NCBI GenBank assembly: GCA_963761435.1
Contig: CAVXHJ010000010.1
Span: forward strand, 929,951-993,950
Direction: 5' to 3'
DNA length: 64,000 nucleotides
Origin: an uncultured Alphaproteobacteria bacterium
Lineage (GTDB): Bacteria > Pseudomonadota > Alphaproteobacteria > Rhizobiales > Beijerinckiaceae
Part shown: piece after piece, positions 31,507-40,783 of the stretch
Layout of the letters: the number at the start of each line of letters is the position of its first letter
Position numbering within the stretch: position 1 is the first letter of the stretch
The notes under the pieces: generated by a model
What the model was told of the DNA's origin: nothing
Database searches by the model: none
The model's input: the letters and a program-made list of their open reading frames with translations, nothing else
Translations under genes and position numbers: made by a program

Positions 31507-31693
31507 TTGCGCCGTCGATCATCCCCGTTTCGGCATGGGCCAAGCCCTTGAGGCTTTGGCGGCCGCCGGGCCTGCCAGTTGCGCGGCCACGTACGGCTAA
31601 CGTAACGTTAACTCTGGTGGGCATAGGCCGTCTCAACGGGAACAATTGTTGGTCAAGCCCCATTTGACGAACGATCGCTGACCGCGGGGGAAA

Positions 31694-32797
31694 ATGGACC
31701 GCCGCAATTTTCTGCTCGGCGCCGTCGGGATGTCGACCCTTCCCGGCGCGGCGCGAGCGGCCCCCCCTCCTCCGATCGACGAAACGCGCGCCATCGCGGG
31801 CGAACTGCTGATCCTCGGATTTTCCGGCAGTGACGCGCAATCCTCATCTGCGCAGGCGCTCGCGGCGCAGATTCGCGACGGTTCGGTCGGCGGGGTCGTC
31901 TTCGTCAAAGATAATATTGGCGGTAGGGACGACGTACTAGGGCTGACAGATCTCTTTTCCGGCGCCGCGCCGCGGAAATTGATCCTCGCCATCGATCACG
32001 AGGGCGGCGCCGTCCAGCGGCTGGTCGAGGCGCACGGCTGCGCCAAACTTCCTTCGGCTCAGCGCGTGGCCGCGGAACTGACTGTGGCCGAGGCGCAGGA
32101 GTTATATTCCGAGGCCGGGCAAGCGGTCGCTCGCCTCGGGTTCAACTTGAACCTCGCGCCCGTCGTCGATCTCGCGAACGACGATAATCCGGCGATCGGC
32201 CGATTTGGCAGATCATTCAGCCGCGACCCGGACAAAGTGACGGCCTACGCGCGGGCATTCATCCGTGGATTTGAGGCGAGCGGAGTTTGCTGCGTCCTCA
32301 AGCATTTCCCGGGGCAAGGCGGCGCGCAAGACGACAGCCACGAGACGGCCCCCGACATATCCGCGGCTTGGTCGCAGGCCGATCTTCTCCCGTTCCGGCG
32401 GCTTGTCCGCGAAGGCTGCGCGGCTGCGGTCATGAGCGGCTATTCGCTCCTTCGGCCCCTAGCTTCCGATAACCGGCCGGCCGCCCTGTCGCGCGATATT
32501 GTCACTGGACTCCTCCATGAAGAGCTCGAGTTCGACGGCGTCGCGATGACCGACGATCTCGACATGGGCGCGGTCGGGTTTGGCTTTACCCGGCGCCTCG
32601 CCATCATGCAGGCCCTTCAGGCAGGTAATGATGCGCTTATGGTAAGAAATCGCAGGAATTACGATCCAATCCTGCCAATAACGTTAGCGTCATGGATCGG
32701 CGAGGCGCTGACTTACGGATCGTTAACTATCAGCTCCCTAAACAAATCAGTGGACCGCGTCCGGAAGCTGCGCGATAAGCTGAACCGAACAACCTAA
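31694..32797 (+). CDS. Tat-exported GH3 beta-N-acetylhexosaminidase (NagZ-like)
   Basis: RRNFL Tat motif; IDHEGG.VQR, NLAPVVD, RSFS.DP, KHFPGQG...DSH, TDDLDM. Confidence 0.88.
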   Translation: MDRRNFLLGAVGMSTLPGAARAAPPPPIDETRAIAGELLILGFSGSDAQSSSAQALAAQIRDGSVGGVVFVKDNIGGRDDVLGLTDLFSGAAPRKLILAIDHEGGAVQRLVEAHGCAKLPSAQRVAAELTVAEAQELYSEAGQAVARLGFNLNLAPVVDLANDDNPAIGRFGRSFSRDPDKVTAYARAFIRGFEASGVCCVLKHFPGQGGAQDDSHETAPDISAAWSQADLLPFRRLVREGCAAAVMSGYSLLRPLASDNRPAALSRDIVTGLLHEELEFDGVAMTDDLDMGAVGFGFTRRLAIMQALQAGNDALMVRNRRNYDPILPITLASWIGEALTYGSLTISSLNKSVDRVRKLRDKLNRTT

Positions 32798-32810
32798 TGG
32801 GTCCCGTGCG

Positions 32811-33401
32811 ATGCTGGAACTAGCGCTCGAAACGGAGATGGAGGTCGCCCGCGCCGGACAATACATTTTCGTGCCGGACAGGTTTCTGGACGCGGACGTG
32901 GCGATCGTTCTTGGGATGAGCGATTGGCGCCGACCGGTCATGCGCGCGGTCGAACTGTACCGAGAAGGGAAGGCGAAAAGGCTCCTCTTCACCGGCGGCT
33001 ACAACTCGAAGATCGACGCGACCGAGGCGATCAGGATGGCGGCGCTGGCGCGGGCCCTGGATGTTCCGGCGGCGAATATCGCTGTCGAACCCCGAGCCGC
33101 CCATACCGACCAGAACATGGCTTTTTCCAGAGAGCTGCTCGACGCCGAGATCGGGCTCAGCGCATTGCGGTCAATCCTGTTGGTCACGATCCACTACCAC
33201 ATCAGACGGGCGATTATCGCCGCTCGGCGTCATTTCCCAAGATCGATCGAGATTGGGTGGGTTTGCTATCCGAGCAGGCATTATTCATCGACCGATTGGC
33301 GCGCCTCCTACCGCGGCCGCGAGAACGTCGCCTCGGAAATCAGCAAAATCGAAAAATATTACGCCGTCTCGATGCGCCGAAACGAGGAAAGGACGGCATG
33401 A
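32811..33401 (+). CDS. YdcF/ElyC/SanA (DUF218) family protein
   Basis: IVLG, LLFTGG, EA..M, E.RA.HTDQN, LVT..YHIRRA. Confidence 0.88.
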   Translation: MLELALETEMEVARAGQYIFVPDRFLDADVAIVLGMSDWRRPVMRAVELYREGKAKRLLFTGGYNSKIDATEAIRMAALARALDVPAANIAVEPRAAHTDQNMAFSRELLDAEIGLSALRSILLVTIHYHIRRAIIAARRHFPRSIEIGWVCYPSRHYSSTDWRASYRGRENVASEISKIEKYYAVSMRRNEERTA

Positions 33402-36400
33402 CGCTCGCCATCGCGCATGGCGAAACCGTCGAGCCGCCGCCATACGCCTCGCTGCGCGACGCCATCGTCGGCGCGGTCGAGCTGATGCCTGACGGGGAGT
33501 TCATCCACGCGAAGGCGAACGCGCAGCACCTTATTTCGACCTATCAGGAGACGCTCGAGAAAGCGGCAAACCTCGCGTCGGGTCTGATTGAGCGTGGAAT
33601 GCGCCCCGGCGATGGCCTGATCATCGATCTGCGCAACAGCGAAGATTTCGTCCCGACGCTTTGGGCCGCCGTTTTCGGCGGCTTCGTCGCCGCGCCATTG
33701 GCTCAACATCTCAGGCGGCGCTTGGGAGAAAGGGGACCTGAAGAGATTCTTGCCTTCGTTCGAGCAGCCCTGAAGCGGGCGACGCTCATCACGGACGACC
33801 TGCGCCTTTCGAAAAACGCTCCCGTGGAGGCTATCGTTCTCGACGAATTCGCCTCCCGGACGGGCGACCGCCGGAACGTCCCCAGCGGTTTCAGTTCCGG
33901 AGGCGAGAAGCTTTGCCTCGCCGTCCCGACCTCGGGCGCGACGGGCCGGCCCAAGATGGTCGGCCTCGGAGAAAGCGCAGTTCTGGCGCGTTGGTGGCCC
34001 AAAGTGCCTGACGCCGAGAACGCAAGCACGTTTCTTTCCTGGTCCCCTTACGACCACGTCATGGGGCTGGGCCTGGCCGCTCCAAACCTGAGACGCAAAG
34101 TCCACCTGGAGGCGGCGAATTTTGTCGCCGATCCGCTTTTGTGGCTCGACCTTATGGACGAGACGCACGCCACCCATGCGACCATGACCAGCTTCGGCCT
34201 TTCGCTGGTCATCGACGCCGTTCAGGCCAACCCCGAGAGATCCTGGCGCCTCGGCCATGTCCGCAAGATCGGCGTCGGCGCGGAACCCGTCTCTCCCAAG
34301 CTCTGCCGGCGGTTTTTCGAACGCCTCTCGCCATTCGGATTGCGCGGGGACGCAATCATTCTGGGCTACGGCCTGACCGAATGCGGTCCGGTTGTCGGCG
34401 GCGGAACCGCATTCTCTCCCGACGCGACACCTGCAGACGACGGGCGGATCCTTCTCGACCGGCCGACAGCGGGACATGCCGTTCGCGTTGTCGGCGAAGA
34501 CGGTCAAATCCTCAAGGAGGATTGCGTCGGCGCGATCGAAGTGCGCGGCCCTACGATGACCTCCGGCTATATTGGCGATCCGTTGGAGACGGATCGGCTG
34601 TTCACGGATGACGGATGGCTGCGAACCGGCGACCTCGGCGTGCTCGAGAACGGAAGGCTCGCCGTCATCGGCCGCGAGAAGGAGCTGATCGTCGTCAACG
34701 CGCGCAAATATTCCTGCCAGGAGATCGAGGAGGCGATCAAGAGGCGAAGCGAATTCGTGGAGGCGTACGCAGCGCCATTGGACAGCGCCGTTTCGTCGCC
34801 AGACCCGGGCCGAGGCAAGCCGTTCGCCGTCTTCGTCGCGGTCGACGACGTTCACGATTTCGCGCTCGCCGATGTCGCGGCCGAGGTCCGAGGAATCCTG
34901 GCTTCGGCCTATCGCTTCGCTCCTGAGGCGGTCGCGCTTATCGATCGCCGGGACGTTCCGAGGACGCCACTCGGAAAGGTAAGGCGCCTCCACCTCGCCG
35001 CGATGATCGGCCAAGCTCAATTCGAGAAACACGTTCATCGGCTCAATTCCCAACCGCCGCCGCTCGCCTATCGTCGGGGAGACGGCGAGATCGAGGCGAC
35101 GGTCGCGGCGACTTGGGCGCGATTGTTGAATTGTCCTGAGGATTTCGACCGTGGCGCAGATTTTTTCGCCGTCGGGGGCGATTCCGTCCTGGCCCTGCAA
35201 CTGTCCTTGTCGCTAGAGCAGAAGTTCGGATTTCCAATTCCGTTCGAAGAGTTTGCCGAACGCGTCAGCGTATTCGAGGTCGCAAAGTACATCGCCGGCC
35301 GGACGGGGCGGGCGCCCGCTCACGTCGGCCCGCCGGCGAGTTTGAAGCCGACGGGCGACGACAACGCGCTTCCGGATTCGATCGCCGCGAGGTTGCGCTC
35401 CCTGCTGAGACCGTGGCCCGGGACGCCGATCGGCGATGGCCGATTTATCCGGCGCGTCGGAACGGCGCAAAAGGGCATCCCTGTGTTCTGGTGCCTGCAG
35501 GCGGCCTGGGAGGTGGAGCAACTCGCAGCGATCGTCGGCGCCCGCCGTCCGGCGTTTGCGATGCGCTCCGGCTACCTCCTGGTCGACTACGGAACGCCAG
35601 CCGCAAAGGCGCTCGCCAGACGGTATGTCGAGGAAATCAAGGAGGCCTTTCCCGACGGGCCTTACGTCATCGCTGGAAACTGTCAGGGCGCGATTGTCGC
35701 GCTGGACGTCGCCCGCCAATTGCTTCGCGAGGGCCGCAAGGTTCAGATGTTGGTGGTCGTGGATACGCCGCCGTTCGAGTTGTTCCAAAACGCGCCTTTC
35801 GGCGCGCCGGTCGCGGCGTATGTGGCGAACCGCAGCAAGTTCAACCCGTACCGGAAATACCGCTTTCCGGCGCATGGCCTCAAAAAGCTCTTGCCGGCCG
35901 GCTGCCGGATGACGGTCATATCCGCCGAATACACCGAGATCATGAGGGGAGACGCCTTCGCCCAGTTGAGCGCGGATCTCGAAGAGGCCATCGCCTGGTC
36001 CGACCAGATCTCGCCCCCGCCTTCCGGCGTCAATCCCGGCGCCTATCCGAATTCGGCCTACCACAACAGGATCGCCGCCCGGACCTCCCAATTGACGCTC
36101 GCTCCCGGAGAAACGGCGGACCTCAATCTGGATCTCCACAATGACGGCCCGACGGATTGGGAGGCGTTCGAATCGAGCGGAATAACGGTCGGCAACCACT
36201 GGCTTTCGCTGGACGGTGAAATGCTCACATGGTCCGACGGACGCACGCCGCTGACAGAGACCATCGCCGCAGCGCGCGGGGGGACGGCGACGCTCAAAAT
36301 CACCGCTCCACCGACGAGCGGGCGCTATATTCTCGAGGTTGATCTGATTGAAGAGGGCGTGAAGTGGTTTGGCGAGATGGCTTCGGCCCCGCTGCACATT

Positions 36401-36598
36401 CCCGTCGTTGTAAGGGAAGCGCCCTCGCCCGCAACGAGCCCCACTCCCGGAGAAGCGGCAAAGGAGCCGAACCCGACCGGATTGGAGGCCGCGATCCGCC
36501 GCATCAGGGGCGACATCCGAGCCTCTCCGCTTCCTGGTTGGAGAAAGCTTTGGGCCAAGGCCGCTCTCTCGCTCACCAAGCGCGCGATAGGCATGTAA
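33398..36598 (+). CDS. Single-module NRPS-like protein: FAAL-type adenylation, carrier, thioesterase-like and Ig-like domains
   Basis: TSGATGRPK, SWSPYDHVMGL, GYGLTE, RTGDLG, GREKELIVVN, PRTPLGK; FFAVGGDS carrier Ser; GPYVIAGNCQG; C-terminal NDGPTDW..GRYILEVDLIEEGVKWF. ATGA overlap with ydcF. Confidence 0.88.
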   Translation: MTLAIAHGETVEPPPYASLRDAIVGAVELMPDGEFIHAKANAQHLISTYQETLEKAANLASGLIERGMRPGDGLIIDLRNSEDFVPTLWAAVFGGFVAAPLAQHLRRRLGERGPEEILAFVRAALKRATLITDDLRLSKNAPVEAIVLDEFASRTGDRRNVPSGFSSGGEKLCLAVPTSGATGRPKMVGLGESAVLARWWPKVPDAENASTFLSWSPYDHVMGLGLAAPNLRRKVHLEAANFVADPLLWLDLMDETHATHATMTSFGLSLVIDAVQANPERSWRLGHVRKIGVGAEPVSPKLCRRFFERLSPFGLRGDAIILGYGLTECGPVVGGGTAFSPDATPADDGRILLDRPTAGHAVRVVGEDGQILKEDCVGAIEVRGPTMTSGYIGDPLETDRLFTDDGWLRTGDLGVLENGRLAVIGREKELIVVNARKYSCQEIEEAIKRRSEFVEAYAAPLDSAVSSPDPGRGKPFAVFVAVDDVHDFALADVAAEVRGILASAYRFAPEAVALIDRRDVPRTPLGKVRRLHLAAMIGQAQFEKHVHRLNSQPPPLAYRRGDGEIEATVAATWARLLNCPEDFDRGADFFAVGGDSVLALQLSLSLEQKFGFPIPFEEFAERVSVFEVAKYIAGRTGRAPAHVGPPASLKPTGDDNALPDSIAARLRSLLRPWPGTPIGDGRFIRRVGTAQKGIPVFWCLQAAWEVEQLAAIVGARRPAFAMRSGYLLVDYGTPAAKALARRYVEEIKEAFPDGPYVIAGNCQGAIVALDVARQLLREGRKVQMLVVVDTPPFELFQNAPFGAPVAAYVANRSKFNPYRKYRFPAHGLKKLLPAGCRMTVISAEYTEIMRGDAFAQLSADLEEAIAWSDQISPPPSGVNPGAYPNSAYHNRIAARTSQLTLAPGETADLNLDLHNDGPTDWEAFESSGITVGNHWLSLDGEMLTWSDGRTPLTETIAAARGGTATLKITAPPTSGRYILEVDLIEEGVKWFGEMASAPLHIPVVVREAPSPATSPTPGEAAKEPNPTGLEAAIRRIRGDIRASPLPGWRKLWAKAALSLTKRAIGM

Positions 36599-36644
36599 GC
36601 GATCGAGGGACCCCGAGGGGAGCCTCGAGACCCCGAGCCGCGCG

Positions 36645-37247
36645 TTACTCGCGCTCCTGAGATATCCTGACTGTCCCATGGTCCGGGCCAGACGCCTTGC
36701 ATTCGATCAGCACGTTTCCCGCCTTGCGCCGGCCCTCGCCGCTGGGATCGACTGTGGCGTCAAGTATGCAATCGGCGATCACCTTCGGCGGCGCGGCCCC
36801 GCCGGCGGCGAGTTCTCCAGCCTCCGCGGCAAGGGCGAGAAAGCGCTGGTCCGGCGCGTGCTCGTAATCGACCGTGAGGTCCGGACGCCCGGTCCCGGCG
36901 ATGGTCGGGCACAACACCGCCATCTCCTTCGCCGCGGGGTGGCTCAGCCTCAAGCTTCCGGTGTCCGGCAATCGCTCGATCATCTGGGCGTGGGTCTGCT
37001 CCATGATGGCGTCGCCAATCGAGTCGCAGAGCGAATCGGCGCGGGCGCGCTGCACTCCGCCAGCAGCGGCCGCGGCCAAGAAAACGAGGCCGGCAAGGGT
37101 GCGGAGCGCGCTCAAGCTAGGCTTGTGAATCAGCAGCGCGCCCTCGACCAACTCCAGGGAAGGGCGAGCCGCGCGCTTTGAGGGCGGCGAAGGGAGAGGG
37201 CATCGCTTGGCCTCGGGGATGACGCAGAGGGCGGCCTCATCAAACAA
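36645..37247 (-). CDS. Secreted hypothetical protein (true start probably downstream, near 37130)
   Basis: Signal-like LRTLAGLVFLAAAAAGG..ARA; four Cys in the mature part. Confidence 0.55.
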   Translation of the reverse strand: MFDEAALCVIPEAKRCPLPSPPSKRAARPSLELVEGALLIHKPSLSALRTLAGLVFLAAAAAGGVQRARADSLCDSIGDAIMEQTHAQMIERLPDTGSLRLSHPAAKEMAVLCPTIAGTGRPDLTVDYEHAPDQRFLALAAEAGELAAGGAAPPKVIADCILDATVDPSGEGRRKAGNVLIECKASGPDHGTVRISQERE

Positions 37248-37326
37248 CGACTAGCGCCCGCATTGCAACCAGCGAAACCCAGTTCCGGAGATCGGACGGC
37301 TGCTGTCGGCGCGATTACGTGAGATC

Positions 37327-37402
37327 TGGCGCTCCCAAGGGGACTCGAACCCCTGTTTTCGCCGTGAGAGGGCGACGTCCTGGACCGCTAGACGATGGGA
37401 GC
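37327..37402 (-). tRNA. tRNA-Glu (anticodon CTC)
   Basis: GCTCCCATCGTCTAGCGGTCCAGGACGTCGCCCTCTCACGGCGAAAACAGGGGTTCGAGTCCCCTTGGGAGCGCCA: cloverleaf, TTCGA T-loop, encoded CCA. Confidence 0.97.
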
Positions 37403-37592
37403 GGCGCTGCTTTTTGCAGGAAGGGCGATTGTATATCGGCGCTTGTCGGTCTAGGCAAGATGGACGGGGGTCTCGCGACGAATTGAACGGGCGCCGCCGG
37501 CTCCCGGTTCACCTTTCGTTAAGCTTCTGGCGCCGAACTTGCCTCGTGAATGGGGTTGCGAATCAAGTCCGTCGAATTGGAGTTCTGACACG

Positions 37593-38396
37593 ATGCCCAT
37601 GGCGAGTCTCGCCCGGCGGCCCATTGTACTGATCGTCCTCCACCAGGAGCATTCGACGCCTGGCCGGATCGGCGCGGTTCTCAAGGCCATGGGCGCGAGG
37701 CTCGACATCCGCCGGCCTTGCCTTGGCGACCCGCTGCCGGAGAGGCTCGCGGATCATGACGGCGTCATCGTGTTCGGCGGGCCGATGGGGGCGAACGACA
37801 CGCTCGACTGGGTCAGGCAAGAGATCGACTGGCTGGCGACGCCGCTCGCCAAGGGGACGCCGATGCTCGGCGTCTGCCTCGGGGCGCAAATGCTGGCGCG
37901 CGCGCTCGGCGCGCGGGTGTTCAGCTACGAGGACAAGCGCAGCGAGATCGGCTACTACCCGATCGAGCCGACGCCCGCCGGCGATCTCTTATGCGCCGCC
38001 CCGTTCCCGCGCACAGTCTATCAATGGCATTCCGACGGCTTCGATCTGCCCGAGGGCGCCGAGCTTCTGGCCGCGGGCGGCGCGACCTTCCCCAACCAGG
38101 CCTACCGCTATGGCCGCCACGCAGTCGGGCTCCAGTTCCACCCCGAAGTCACCTACCACATGATGTGCCGCTGGACCCATCGCGGCGCGGAACGCCTGAC
38201 CCGGCCCGGGGCGCTCAGCCGCCCCGAGCATCTCGGCGGCTGGTTCCAGCACGACGGCCGGGTGGCCGCATGGCTCGAGGCGTTCCTGCCGGCATGGCTC
38301 GAGGGGCGGCTGCCCGACGCCCAGCCGATCGCCGCATCGGCGGCCGCCAACCTCAACCGCGCCCCTGGGCCCGCGGTTCGCTACGCCGGGGCCTGA
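37593..38396 (+). CDS. Type 1 glutamine amidotransferase
   Basis: FGGPMGAND, LGVCLGAQ, QWH.DGF, QFHPE. Confidence 0.92.
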   Translation: MPMASLARRPIVLIVLHQEHSTPGRIGAVLKAMGARLDIRRPCLGDPLPERLADHDGVIVFGGPMGANDTLDWVRQEIDWLATPLAKGTPMLGVCLGAQMLARALGARVFSYEDKRSEIGYYPIEPTPAGDLLCAAPFPRTVYQWHSDGFDLPEGAELLAAGGATFPNQAYRYGRHAVGLQFHPEVTYHMMCRWTHRGAERLTRPGALSRPEHLGGWFQHDGRVAAWLEAFLPAWLEGRLPDAQPIAASAAANLNRAPGPAVRYAGA

Positions 38397-38432
38397 GGGC
38401 GCCGGCGCCGGCCGCAGGCCGCCAAATCTCGC

Positions 38433-38728
38433 GGAAGCCGAGCAAAGACTTCGGGAAGCCGAGCCAAGACAAAAGGAAGCAGAGCAAAATCCGCCGGAAA
38501 GGTATCCAAACTTTTCTCTTCCGCGAATCGAGCCTTTTCAACGGGTTGCGGCGAATCCAGATCGAAAAACCGGGCTTGCCTCAGGCCAGGCTTCTCAGCC
38601 GCGTCTCGCCTGCCATTTCTCCCGGCGCCTGAGCGCCGGGCGGCAGGGTTCGCAATGACCAGTCTGGCTCCGCCCAAACGCAACATGCATTAATCAGAAA
38701 GTCTACCCTGATTTTCTCTTTTTCGCAA
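38433..38728 (-). repeat. Dispersed cassette copy 2
   Basis: 21-mers at 38433, 38454, 38475, 38496; core GAATCGAGCCTTTTCAACGGGTTGCG 38525-50; minus-strand TTGCGA (38723-28) N17 TAGACT (38700-05); contains an element-B end at ~38650-38690. Confidence 0.75.
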
Positions 38729-38738
38729 GCAATTTCGC

Positions 38739-39028
38739 GGCTCTTATGGCGTTATCTGTTGGTCGACCGGTTTGCCTGTTCGAACCCTTGCCGTCATGGC
38801 CGGGCTTGTCCCGGCCATCCACGCCGGGCCGCCGCAAGAACGAGTCCCGCCTCGGCGCGACCGGCAGGAAGGCGGACGGTCGCAAGGCTTTTCGCGCTTG
38901 CCTGCGTCGATGCGCTGGGTCTTCGTGGATGGCCGGGACAAGCCCGGCCATGACGCCTTGATGGCGCCGTCCGCCACCTCCGCCGTGCTCCCAATTCCTT
39001 CCCCACAACAGCCAACGCGATAAGAGCG
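38739..39028. mobile_element. MITE A copy 3 with 8-bp target-site duplication
   Basis: Near-identical to copies 1 and 2; flanked by the direct repeat AATTTCGC (38731-38 and 39029-36). Confidence 0.88.
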
Positions 39029-39135
39029 AATTTCGCGAAAAGCACTTTGGCCGGGCGCGTCGCAGCTTCAACCCAAAGCCGACCAACGGAGCGCTTCACG
39101 CAAGGTCGGCTTGGCCAAGAAGGACCGAGCCCAAT

Positions 39136-40585
39136 TTATACAGAGCCAGGAAGCGGGTATCGCTTCTCCGCAAGTCGCGGCAAAAGTTCAATCAGACCGC
39201 CAATATCGCCGGAAGTCAGAAACAGCACGGCATCGTCCTTGCGCAGCTCAGCGCCGATTTTGGCGAGGCCCTCCTCGCAGGAACGTATCGGCGTAGCGTC
39301 CACGCCGGCGCCATGCACTCGCTCCATGATCTCGCCGAGACTTGCCTGCTCATGCGTGCCGGCGCCCTGGTTCGCCGGCTCGAATATGAAAACGCGATCG
39401 CAGCCGCTAAACACGTCATCATACCATTCGAGCTTGTTGCGATTGCGCCACGAGAACGTGTGCGGCTCGAACACGACAAGCAGGCGCCGCTCCGCAAAAT
39501 GCTTTCTCATCGCCGCAATTGCGCTCTTGGCTTTGTCATAGGATGATCCAAAGCCTTCGAACATTTGCACGCTGGTGCGATCTGATTTTCGGTCGAGCCG
39601 GCGCATGACGCCGCGAAAGCTCGCCATCGCCGCTGCGTATTGCTCGACGCTGGCAAGGCCGCGGGTCAGCACGAACGCCCCGATCCCAACCATATTTTCG
39701 ATATTATGCGCGCCGAGCTGGGTGGTCTTCACTCGGGCGATCTCGCGGCCTCGCTCAGTCAACGTGAATTGGGAGACTGCGTCCATACTCGATATTTTCC
39801 GCCCGCCAGTCGCCCCTTGTGAGCCCGAAGGTCACGACATCGCGTTTCGCTTCGGTGAGAAATCGCTCGCTGAGTTCGCCAGAGGTCGCCGCAACGATGA
39901 GCCCGTCGCGCGGGACCAGATCAAAGAGCTGATGGAAGGGCGCGAGATAGGACTCGATCGTTGGAAAGACGTTGACGTGGTCATGCGCGAGCGGCGCCAG
40001 CAACACATGCGCGGGATGATAGTGCAGAAATTTCGACCGGTTGTCGGTATTGGAGGACGGATATTCGTCGCCCTCGAGCAAGAACAGCCGTCCCGCGCCG
40101 GCATTGGATGCCCGGGCAGGAGACAAAGGCACGGCGCCGATCATCCACGAGGGATCGAGCCCCGCGCTCGCGAGGCAATGCGCCATCATCGAAACGCTCG
40201 TCGTCTTGCCGAAAGATCCCGCCACCACAATGTTCTCGTGTCCACGCGAAAGAAGCGCGAGCACTTCGGCGAAGGACAGAATTTTCGGCCCGCCGGGTCT
40301 TGCGGCGCGGGCGAAAGCCTCGGCCACCTCGTCATTCTCGCTCGGAACCAAGCGCGCGTTCTTGCCGATGACGATGAGATCGGCGCCGTCAGGAATATTC
40401 TCTGCCGCGTAAGGCGTTCGGCAGACGAATTCCTCACGAGCCAGCACCTGCGAGATCGGCGGATAGATGGCTTCGTCGGAGCCTGTTACGGCAACGCCGC
40501 TGTCGCGCAGCAGGATGGCGGTGGCGCTCATGCCGACGCCGGCGAGGCCGATGAAGTGCGCTGCGCGAAATGGAAATGCGGCCAT
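39136..40585 (-). CDS. Mur ligase, Mpl/MurC-like (frameshift near 39783)
   Basis: HFIGLAGVGMS, GSDEAIYPP, AGSFGKTT, EGDEY, SKFLHY, DH, G.HN, FRGVMRR, FEPHTFS. Confidence 0.85.
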
Positions 40586-40783
40586 TGTCGCCTTGTCTCG
40601 AAGCTCGCGGATCATGCGCCGCTTGAGTTCGTCGAATCAGAGCGGCGCAGGGCCGCGAACATCTGCGTTATGCCGGCGACCCCGGCAACAGGGAATGCGC
40701 TGCCCCTCGCCTCCCCCGGACCCAGGGGCCGTTGGCGGCGTCCGCCCCTCGCGCATTTGGCGGAGCTCCGCGCCTGACGAGGA

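Noticed and set aside
30960-37402. Integrative element at tRNA-Glu
   Set aside because: No integrase and no convincing duplicate of the tRNA 3' end; only weak similarity at ~30966-30981.
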